This document shows positions 10,923 to 21,800 of a stretch of DNA of 32,696 nucleotides, piece by piece (position 1 is the stretch's first letter; every line of letters starts with the position of its first letter). Source of the DNA: Phoronis australis (Eukaryota; Animalia; Phoronida); the NCBI GenBank assembly GCA_002633005.1, contig NMRA01001266.1, forward strand, positions 1 through 32,696, written 5' to 3'. The notes under the pieces were generated by a model that worked only from the letters and a program-made list of their open reading frames with translations, was not told the origin of the DNA and did not search any database. Both the position numbers and the translations under genes were made by a program.

Positions 10923-11814
10923 AGCAGCGCTCCAAGCCGGTATTTTTTTGAGCTTCGTTAGAGAATATAAGTTTGATTTTTGTTGTTGAATTATTTGAGA
11001 AATTAATCAACAATTCATGGAAAATTATCCAAAATTTACTCAGAATAAAATAGTTCCCTTTTAAGCAGCACTAACTATACCATCTGACACCTGATGCAAG
11101 ATATGACTGCCACCTCCATCTATTGGGCATATTGTCAACTAAGGCGCAATCAAATGCAAATAGAAATGATGAGAAACAACTAACTGGAAACTTGGCCTAA
11201 GGGAAATATTTAGAGGTTAATTTACAGTACAAACATTTCTTTATACACTTAAAACATTGCCTGGTACAGATCGGGACTCGAAAAATTCACACACAATCAC
11301 AGTTGAAATTAAGCAATAATCTGACAAATGGATTGCCCCTCGCCAATTTTGAGCTGTGAAAGGAGGGGAAAGCTGGTCTTGCATTTTAACTGTTTAAATT
11401 ATCCCAAAGTAAAACCCACTGCACCATCTCAGCTATTCCAACTACTTTGAGGCCTTCAACTTGCTTTGTAATGGTCAAATATAATTCTATAGTCCCTAAC
11501 TGCTGACCTGGAGACGATCGCACAACACTTGAAAGGCAAATGAGAATCATGCTACCTCCCCCCCCCCAAAAGCAAGGACGTCCTGGTGGACCATACAGCA
11601 TTGTGAATGTCACTGAGGGCACATTCCAGGACACATATCGGTGTTGCTAACGAGAAATTCAAGGATAACACCACTACGTGATTTGACGTTGACCTTCCCC
11701 AAAATGGAGAGGAGTAAGGGATTGAGAAATTCCAGCTCTGGTTGTGATAATGTAGTACAGATGAATGAAGCCCATCTACGTCCTTTGCTGATCAGCTGTT
11801 GTATCACCACTTAC

Positions 11815-11827
11815 ATGACTTTTGCAT
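11815..11827 (-). CDS. MVB12: Candidate MVB12 start-codon microexon (MQKS, phase 1; exon 11829-11815)
   Basis: tttttcag|AAATGCAAAAGTCAT|gtaagt; phase 1 joins the 9007 exon in frame. Confidence 0.4.
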
Positions 11828-12432
11828 TTCTGAAAAACACCTTCATTCTTCAAGCCAAGTGGAACTGCCTCTTAACCGAACAGTTTGGACCCTTCACTCT
11901 GACGCGGGGAACCAGGCTCACATCTCATTGTCAATGGATTTTTCGGCTGATCAGTTTGAAGTTTGTAGAGGTATTTTTGACAAGTCATAAGAGCCTCTGT
12001 CAATCACTAGCTAAAGGCCAATAGTCTATTAACTTAATAGTCAGCATAGTACGGTTTTATAGGGGTCGCTTGCGACTCCCAGCCCCAGGTCACATGTAAT
12101 CTCATCAATCTCAGAGGGATGATTGGGCACTGAACCAATCACTTTAACTGTTGAGGCACAATGACCGGTAACAGGGGCTTAAACGGAACCCTCTTCAAAA
12201 CGGCTGCCGAGAATCAATTTTATAAGCCACTGCACCAGACGGGTAGGACTAGGAATGGAATTTATGGATTAGGAGTAAAAAGGTACAGAACCATCTCAAC
12301 TGACGGATCGGCTATAATTGCCTGGTTCTCTAAATAAGATATCAGGGCCTACTATATCCGACCAGGACCTTTAATAACAGAATGTGATGTCTATTACCTG
12401 TGCTTAAAGTCAAATTTAAATAAAAAATTTAC

Positions 12433-12774
12433 ATGTCACGAAGACTAAGGTTGCGTACTTCCTCGAAAACGAAACAATAACTTCCTGGTGCACATGCGCA
12501 AATCCCAGCACTACGGGCCACTAAAATAAACAAATTCAGGTTGTAGATATAACGGAAATATGTAATGCAAATATGGAATATATACTTAATTACGATCATA
12601 ATGTAGTTCATATAGCAAATTAATAATATAATTTACATCTTTGAAAGCCATAAGTAATATTCATTTAATCTAATAACCTGCTAACTTTCACAGTCAGTAC
12701 AAACTTTTAAAATTACCCGTTGTTTATGGCGGAACTTTCGACTGCGCGGAGTTAGCCAGAGGATTTATAAAACC
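12433..12774. promoter_or_regulatory. Putative bidirectional promoter / 5' exons for MVB12 (-) and DSN1 (+)
   Basis: Head-to-head genes; ETS cores ACTTCC at 12457 and 12480; NRF1-like TGCACATGCGCA 12489-12500; YY1-like ATGGCGG at 12726; candidate minus-strand donor gtaaat at 12432. Confidence 0.6.
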
Positions 12775-12837
12775 ATGGAAGAAGATGAGAATGCGTCACC
12801 TTCCCGAAAGAGGAAGCGAGAATCGCCAGCATTAGAA
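12775..12837 (+). CDS. DSN1: DSN1 exon 1 MEEDENASPSRKRKRESPALE
   Basis: accATGg Kozak context, gtattt donor, phase 0. Confidence 0.75.
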
Positions 12838-15800
12838 GTATTTTTATGCATGATGCTATCGCTATAACTTGGTTACTGTATGGTTCCTTCGGATTCTAAT
12901 CCCAGAGACAGCCAGTTTCAGACTACTCAGATTCACCGTCACCGAGTCCATCGTTTCTACTTTCTAGCTCTCGGTAGTAGAGACGATGAAGTTCCTATAG
13001 GTGCTTCATACGCCGGAAGCTTTTCGTCGAATTATGCCTCATACTGATTAAAACATCAAAGTCACGTTCTCATAAACACGTTTTGCGCTTAAGTTATGAG
13101 GCCGCCGACGTTTTTTACTTTCTTCCAAATCCACGAAAAGTCAAAAACCCGTTATCAAACTTTTTCTTCGAGTAGTCCCAGTTCATTCAGTTCCCAAAAT
13201 CGGTAAATCACCATTTTCAACACTACGCCCAGCAGGTGGCGTGCACAGTGTTAAAAATAGCGATCGAGTTACTGATTTGGGGAACTAAATGAGTGATTGC
13301 TCGAAGAAAAATTTTAACAACGGGAATATTTGTTCGAGTTGGAAGGAATTAAAAACATTGACGACGTCCAAAGGTGACGCTCTTTGCACAAAACGTATTT
13401 ATAAGAATGTGACCGTGATGTTTTGGTCAGTGCGAGGCATAATTCACCGAAAAGCTTCTGGTGTATGAAGCGCCTATATATAGGAGCTTCATCGTCTCTG
13501 CTCGGCCGAGAGCTGGAGACGATGGCCATTGTCTAGGAGACCGAGAGACTGATAATGAAACTAAAAGCTCTAACACTGTCATATCCAACTAGCTGTATGA
13601 AGACTGAAGTCAAAATACAGCTAGGAACTGCTACTTGTTTGAATATAATGTGGGCAAAGTCCAGCTGTGTGTTGAGCTCCGACAGGCCTCGAAATTGCAC
13701 ACAGCCCAGGTAGTTCTGCTCGTCACCCAGCCGTGACCGGCAGGGGTGCATGCAATACCTGGGAATCTATCGTCACTCACCTTGCCTGTGTCAGGCATTT
13801 AAGTGAAAAACAATCTAATTAACGTCATTTTCCTACGTAATTCTCTGCCTTTTGTAACAAAGAAAAATATGTTGTCGTTTTGAAAACAGTGGACTTATGA
13901 CACACGCATGCATAGTTTCCTAAATTTTTGCGACATGTCTCAGAAGATGATGACAACTTCGCAGCAGCAAAATTTGTTCTGTGCTGGTATCAAAATTCTA
14001 AAAACTTATAATGAAGTGTAACCAGTTCTGATAATTGATAATTTGTTGTGACGTGTACGCAAACTCGTGAAAGAACGAAAGTTGATTGAAGAATCAGCGA
14101 AAAAAACCTGGCCAATAGGTGACGCAATATTTCATGGTGCTGAAAGCTGACACCCAAAATCGCACCACAATTTTAGCAGCAGAATAATGGTAGAACGCCA
14201 ATTTTTCCAACATCGGTAAATAAGTTGGTTTACTCAAGAAAGAATGTAGTTTTTAGTGACACTAATTTTGTGACAGATTATATTAGCCCATGTTTTACCC
14301 ACATGTATTTAATAGTAGCTTTGCGCCAAGACTAATTGTGTAGACAGTGACCACCGTCTCTAGCTGGCCTGAACCAGGGGCAGTGAAGCTCCAGCTGGCA
14401 TACGGAATGTTAAAAATGGCCAGTTGTCGATTTTGGAAACTGAATGAAGGACTGCTCGAAGAAAAAAAAATTGATTAGGGGAGTAGTTGTTCAAGTTGGA
14501 AGGAATTAAAAACACTGACAGCCTCCTAAGGCAATTCTTTATGCAGGAAAGGTATTAATAACAATGTGACTTTGATGTTTTAATCAGTGTGAGGCATAAT
14601 TTGCAGCAAAACTTCTTGCATAGGAAGTGCCTATTTGAGCTTCACCGTCATTGGTTCGAGCCAGCTAGGGACGGTGGTCTCAGTCTAGTGTAGACAGTGT
14701 CACAATATCGATTGGTTCTAGTAGGCAGTGGGCGGTTTGTACACCAGAAGCTTTTCTGCGAGTTATGCCTCGCGCTAATTAATACATCAAAGTCACGTTG
14801 CTATAAGCACCTTTTGCGCATAAAGGGGCACCGTAGGAGGCTGTCAATGTCTTTAATTCCTTCCAATGCAAACTAAAACTCCCGTAATCAAACTTTTTTT
14901 CGTGCAGTCCTTCATTCTGTTGCCCATATTGGCAACTGGCAATTTTCCTACTCCCAAATTCCAGGCTCAATCCAGAATCAAGAGAAATCAATTTTTGCAG
15001 TAGTTTCTGTGTTCCAAATTCTACCGGAGAGACAGTCTTAAAGAAGAGAATATTTACCGAACCATGTGTTTAGCGAGAATGATTAAAACATAACGCAGAT
15101 GGTTTCTTTTCATTCGTAGGAGACATAAGTTTAGTAGCCTGAAAAATGTATCTACAAACGCGCCACATTCGTCATATTATGGATTCTGGTTTTCGCAGAA
15201 TTCTCCTAGTGTACGACGCAAGTCACTACGCCAAGAAGGGAAACGTCGGTCCAGTTTTGTACGTGGCAGAATCAGCAGACAACTTCAGTTGCCAGACGAT
15301 TCAGGTACCGTGGTCTGTTTCATGAAAAGTTAATCAAGACTGCAGACAGAAATTTGTTCTTGCTCTCTCACTTCACAAGTAAATAGCAATGGTCTAGAAA
15401 TAATTTGTTGAATGTTATCCTAGTAACTATTAGTTATGTGTTCATGTATGTTCTAATATAGAATATAGTATCCTTTAGAGGATTTGGATCGGTTCTTTTA
15501 GTTTCAGATTTATTTTCCACGTTATATGTTCTTTACGCTTGTGCTCTTGAGTGAGATTTAGTTATTTTTCTGAGTGGTTGTGTGGAGGCTAAGTCAGTAA
15601 TCATGATACAGACCTGTGATTTGACAAGGAGTTTACTGTTAGTGTAGGGAGCATGAGACATGTCCGTAAGGACAAACGTACTGTTCACATAGCACATCGT
15701 CATTGGAAAGGGTATTGAAAGGGGTTTTGGGAAACACGATGGTGAAAGGGGGTTCTGGTGATGTGATCTGTTCTAGTTGAAGTTTAAGGATACAAAACAA

Positions 15801-18800
15801 GAAGTGGTTACGACACACCCCTAGCAACATCAATTGGAGACAAACAATTTTGATTTATTTGACACAGATGATGTATTGTGGTTGCCTGTTCACTTATGCT
15901 AACACTGGTAACCGAACTGGTAAAATTCTGCTAAAACAACCTTTTAAAAATCTTAAGCTCTGCCACTGCATCTGAGAACCATAATGTTTTTCTAGAACAA
16001 TTTTTGATCAAATGATTTCCCACAGAGATAGTGGTGAGAGTTAGAACCAAGATGACAAAGTCTCCAGGACAATGGTTTTAATATTGGTGGTGGGGTGTTA
16101 AGCAGTCTTGACAAGGGAAGGGGGCAACTTTGAAATTTTGGATGATGTAATATTTGAATGGTCCCAAAGGGAGCCTTCCCTACTGGCTGCGTACAGGAAA
16201 TTTCCCCCAAATAACTTGTTATCACATCCAAAGTAGATTTGTTATTAACGCTTTTGAAAACCTTTGTCAGCAGGGATGAATGTCATGGGAAAATTTTCCA
16301 AACTCACAGCTAGTCAGGAAAGCAAGTGTCTTTGAAAGTCTACAGAACTGATGTTAACTCTGACTAGAATATGACGTTAGGGACTTATAATTGTTTTTTA
16401 TCATAAGCTGTTGAGTTTGTGTATAAACAACCGTTTATTATTGTTTTACCATTGGTCTTGCAATTGTAACTTTAAAGGACAACTCTAATACTGTGGTGAA
16501 TGCTTGTTTTTTAATGCAGTTATATATTTCTTTCTCAGATTTTAGTTGGGACATCCCTAAAGATCTTGCCGAAGATGAACGTCTTGGACAACTTGTCAAA
16601 CTCTGTGCTCAGGTATTGCATTCATCGTTATCATGCTGAAAATTTATAACGAAGAGTCTGGCTGTGTCACTGTTTGAAATCATTTTAGCAACTAGATGTT
16701 GCAGAAGGTTGGAAAAATTCAGCTGTGGCCGACGAAACATTGCTCTCAATTCTTAAGTAAGTCCAGGATAGACTTATTTTTTCCACATATTGTGCTAGAG
16801 TAATATTTCAGAATGTGTGTTATAATATGTCTAGTTGATTTCATATCTCGAAGTTTTGCATTCAGCAAGTACGCAACTGATGGTCTATATTAACTTTCAG
16901 TATACCATACAGAAACTCGGGCAAGAATTTCCAGACCTGGAAAACTTTGATGGATTCAGAATCCAACGTAAGTAAAATTTTCGCGCCATGGTCATGTTTC
17001 TGGCACCTGGTCTGGCCTAGAGGGAAATAAAGGTGGGTAAAGGAAATTTGCCTCCCTCATGCTCTGCCTTAGGGAGACTTAGTTTTTCCCTGACTGTGAC
17101 TTTACTTAATTTTCGTGTATGAACAGTGTAAACGCGTGAATACCTGATCTGGTCTTGTGTAAGGTTGTGTGGGATCCTAGAAAATGTCTAAATCTGGCTA
17201 ACTTTGAAATATCACATCTTGGGTATGACTTACTGGATTCAGATGAAGCTTTCAGGTACTATTCTTTTTACAGTGTTATTCAAAATGCTGTTAAGAATTG
17301 TCTTTACAATGTTCAAATTTTTGCATAAAGAACAAAAAAAATAGGACTTTTATGATTATCTTTTTCATGAAAAAAAATTACCAAATGAAAACAAAATGAT
17401 ATTTTAGGTTAATGTGAGAGCATTTTTGAGGTGTGATCCTGAAAATTTATATGAAATGAAAGTTAACTAGTGTTATTGGTACCATTGTTTTGCAATTAAT
17501 GTACCTTAGTTTCCTTTTTCATCGCAAAATTTCAATAAAAAGATAATGTGACCCTATTATATGGTAAATATCAAATTCTACACACTTTCTATTTTCAGAA
17601 AATTATATTCTTTAACTGGGTTAAAATCAATATTTTTGGACACTCAACAAAATACGCAAACTCATCATTAAGGTCGCACATAAACTTGTCAAATTATAAT
17701 CAGGTCACGTACATGGCTGTCCTTTTTAAACTTGTCTCAAAATCACTGGCCATTGGTGAATTTGTATCACGCCAGACTTTGTGTAGTGTTTATGATTGTT
17801 TTACCCCATTTGTTTCCTGTTTCAGTGACAGATGTTGTGGATAAGACAGTCTCGTCTGCTGCCAGTCAAGGTCTACTGAAGATGGCTTGTTTCAAGGACA
17901 AGTAAATAGAATATTTCTGTATGCAGTGAGGTTAACATACGGAGCATTGAAAATCAAGATCTTTAAAAGTCGTTGGGCATTAAATTGAGTACAACGGGAG
18001 ACAGGGATTTGATTGTGGAATTTTGAAAATTTGGGTATGGAGAAATACCGTGATCAAAGAATTTGTATGCTTTCATGTCTGTGAAATTTGCTGTGCCTAG
18101 CGAGATGTCTCAATAGCTCAGTTAATTGACCTCCAGGAAGGTAAATTATGTTTTGTTCCTGCTGAGGCAGTTAAAATTTTAACCCTCATCGGTTTTTCAT
18201 TAGTCCTAATTGAGCAATTTTGTGGAGAGTCCGTGTTTATCGACCAAGACATGTCATGATGAAAGTCGATCAGACTGTGGTTACATTATGAGAATGGGTT
18301 GGTCATTTGCGCCAATTCCTTTTTTCAACTGGATCATTTGTGTAATCTTGTTTTTGAGGCGTCAACCTGTAAGGACAATACTCTAAATATCTTTATTTTA
18401 CCTCTTAGTCTAGAAGAGCTTATTTCATGTTGACAGTATCGAAATCATTTAATTCGTGTTGTGTTGGTTTGTATGCCAGGTACTTACCCAATCCTGTCAA
18501 TGTAGAGGTGGAAAACACTGCAGCCCAGTATGAAGAATACATTCAAAGGTGAGGGAGCCTGAGTGTTGAACAATTGTTCACAATCTGTGTGTGAAAATAT
18601 TTGATTAAAAGCGTTTTGTTAACTTTGGAATATCATGTCTCAGAAATGGCAGATTTGATTCAGATTCACTTGTTTGTATACTTTGAGCTGTATACTGTTC
18701 ACAGTTATCCAAAAAGGTAATTTTTATGCGCCCACATATTTATATGTGGACGCATTATGCCGTCATCTCTGTCCGTCCGTCCGTCCGGGCGACGTCCGTC

Positions 18801-21800
18801 CGGCGTCCGCTGCTCTATCTCCAAAACCCTTTGACATACGTTCATGAAATTTGGCACATATGTTCCATTCATGAATGGGACGGCATGTGCGAACTTTTGG
18901 ACGGATCCGACTACCGGTGTGCCCCCTAGTGGCAATTTTAGTTTTTTACGCTTACCTTTGTATCTTCAAAAGTCCTGAACGGATTTTCATGAAATTTGGT
19001 ATGTAGGCACCTAGTAGTGAGATGACGCTATCCTGCCGTTTTCGGATGGATTCGACATAGTTTGCGCCACCTAGTGGCCATTTTTACTGTTTTCGAGTCT
19101 GTTTTTGTGCTTCCACCCCTCTATCAACCAAACCGCTCAAAGGATGATTGTGAAAATTGGCATGTATGTGCTTACTATGTAGAGGACGGTTGACGATGAT
19201 TTTCCGACGATTTCGACTACTGTGGCGCCTCCTAGTGGCAGTTTTGTTTTTTTTGCGCCTATGGCTGTATCTCCTAAACCGTTCGCAGGATCTTTACGAA
19301 ATTGTGTAAGTATATTTATATGATGTTAACAACGGAAGATGACGACTTTTGGACGGATCCGACTACCGGTGTGCCCCCTAGTGGCAATTTTAATTTTTTT
19401 ACGCTTACCTTTGTATCTTCACAAGTCCTTATTGGATTTTCATGAAATTTGGTATGTAGGCACCTATTAGTGAGATGACGCTATCCTCCCGTTTTCAGAT
19501 GGATTCGACATAGTTTGCGCCACCTAGTGGCCATTTTTAGTGTTTTCGAGTCTGTTTTTGTGCGTCCACCCCTCTATCAACCAAACCGCTCAAAGGATGA
19601 TTGTGAAAATTGGCATGTATATGCTTACTATGTAGAGGATGGTTGACGATGATTTTCCGACGATTTCGACTACTGTGGCGCCTCCTAGTGGCAGTTTTGT
19701 TTTTTTGCGCCTATGGCTGTATCTCCTAAACCGTTCGCAGGATCTTTACAAATTGTGTAAGTATATTTATATGATGTTAACAACGGAAGATGACGACTTT
19801 TGGTCGGATCCGACTACCGGTGTGCCCCCTAGTGGCAATTTTAGTTTTTTACGCTTACCTTTGTATCTTCAAAAGTATTGAACGGATTTTCATGAAATTT
19901 GGTATGTAGGCACCTATTAGTGAGATGACGCTATCCTACTGTTTTCAGATGGATTCGACGTAGTTTGCGCCACCTAGTGGCCATTTTTACTGTTTTCGAG
20001 TCTGTATTTTTGCGTCCACCCCTCTATCAACCAAACCGCTCAAAGGATGATTGTGAAAATTGGCGTGTATGTGCTTACTATAAGGAAGACAGCTGACAAT
20101 GATTTTCAGACGATTTGGACTACTGTGGCGCCTCCTAGTGGCAGTTTTGTTTTTTTGCGCCCATGGCTGTATCTCCCAAACCGTTTGCAGGATCTTTACT
20201 AAATTTAGCAAGTGTATTTATGTGATGTTGACAACGGACGATGACGACTTTAGGATGATTCTGATTACCGGTATGCCTCTAGTGGCAATTTTAGTATTTG
20301 CCTCTAGTGGCAATTTTAGTATTTTACATTGACCTCTGTATTTTCATAGGTCTTCAGGTGTATACTTTGTGTTACTTCGTGACTGTGAAGGAAAAGTTCC
20401 AAGTAGAAATTTGTTTCTGGCATTCTAATGCTGTGCTAATCTCGTATGTTGGTAAATTTGTTTTTAATTCTATGTTTCTGTGGTGCTTTAAGCAACTGGT
20501 GTATAGGATGTGCTTGTATTATGAAGATTACTCACATTTTGCCCCTAGCCTATTGAGGAGACAATGACCATGCCTTTCCATTTTGCAAAGTATGCCCTCT
20601 ACTGGCCACTTTATGGTACCAATAAACAACCCTAGAAGGATACCGTATGCGGTGCAATTGTGGGCGCATTTCAACGCTCCGCGTTGCTCTTGTAATTGTT
20701 TTAAAGGTGTTCAACTTTTGCAGAGAAACGTAGTATCAAAAAGTTGAACTATGAAAACATCAAAGTTGTATTATGCGACAATAAAAAATAATTCCGAAAA
20801 CTATACCACGTTTTCTCCTGTGCAGGCAGATCAGTCAAAAAAATCTACATGCTTTCTACTTCCTGTAAATTTGTATTTTTCTGAATTAAATTTTACTTGG
20901 CTCACTGCGAAGTTGTTGGGACGCCTGCCCTGCCCATGTGATCCTGGAAACGTGTCTGTGCGTGGGTGTTTTTATTCCGTTTTGACAAGTAACTACATCG
21001 TCACTATGTTGGCGTCCTTTGTAACATGGAACATCAGAACGCTGAACTCAATATCCCATTTTACAGAATATAAAAATATCACATTAAATGGCTATTTAGT
21101 GTCATGCGACTGGTCACTCTGTAAACTAATCCTTAGTACTCATCGATGGTTCAAAAGGGATGAAAACATTGTTTTAATAGAGAATTGATGTTCTTGTTTC
21201 GTTTTACAGTATGATTAAAAACAAATGATGGGAAACACCTCCTTTTCCTGTCTCCTGCCTGGAAGTTTCTCTGCAGTCATGATGGTGATCCGTCATTGTG
21301 ACTATGACTGTTTTAAATATTATATTTGGTGTATGATTCCGGAAAGTCGAACTAATTAAACTGTCAATTTACAGGCTTGAGAAGGAAAGCTCGTCCTGGG
21401 AAACTCTAGTCAGTTCACATGAAGAGGAATCCAAAACAGCAATATTGTAAGTTACGAAAAAGATAATTACAAACACCTGATGGAAGACTCTACTGTAGTG
21501 AGAAATCTTCCTCATAATCCAGTTTTAAATTGTGTTGGGAAACAAGGACCAATGTTTTGCTTGCTCGACTTGATGGAGGTGTCATGTATTAATTTCTTTC
21601 ATTCGCAAATATTTCTCACCTGACCTTTGACCTTTACACGAATTTGTTGAATATCCCATCACTCAACAGCAAATAAAAATGCTTTTAAATTCTGCTGCCA
21701 TCCAAATTGTGTGTGTGTCCTTGAACTAAGACATGGCATAATGTAGAGACAATTTATTTGAAGGAGTCAATGAGTCACCATGGATAAAAGGTTCCCTGTG

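Larger units (their letters stand above)
9411..11060. mobile_element. TTAA-flanked Kolobok-like element containing nested TAG...CTA elements
   Basis: ttaa|aaggggactgt ... atagttccctt|ttaa; subterminal match aaactcatatt / aatataagttt. Confidence 0.5.

Noticed and set aside
11386-12024. Cluster of 63-127 aa ORFs on both strands
   Set aside because: No recognisable domain in any frame and no consistent exon structure apart from the candidate microexon
18705-20567. Several ORFs within the HINE
   Set aside because: Translations of tandem repeat sequence; no RepHel or transposase motifs
20751-21188. 145-aa intronic ORF
   Set aside because: No recognisable family; not required for DSN1 phase continuity
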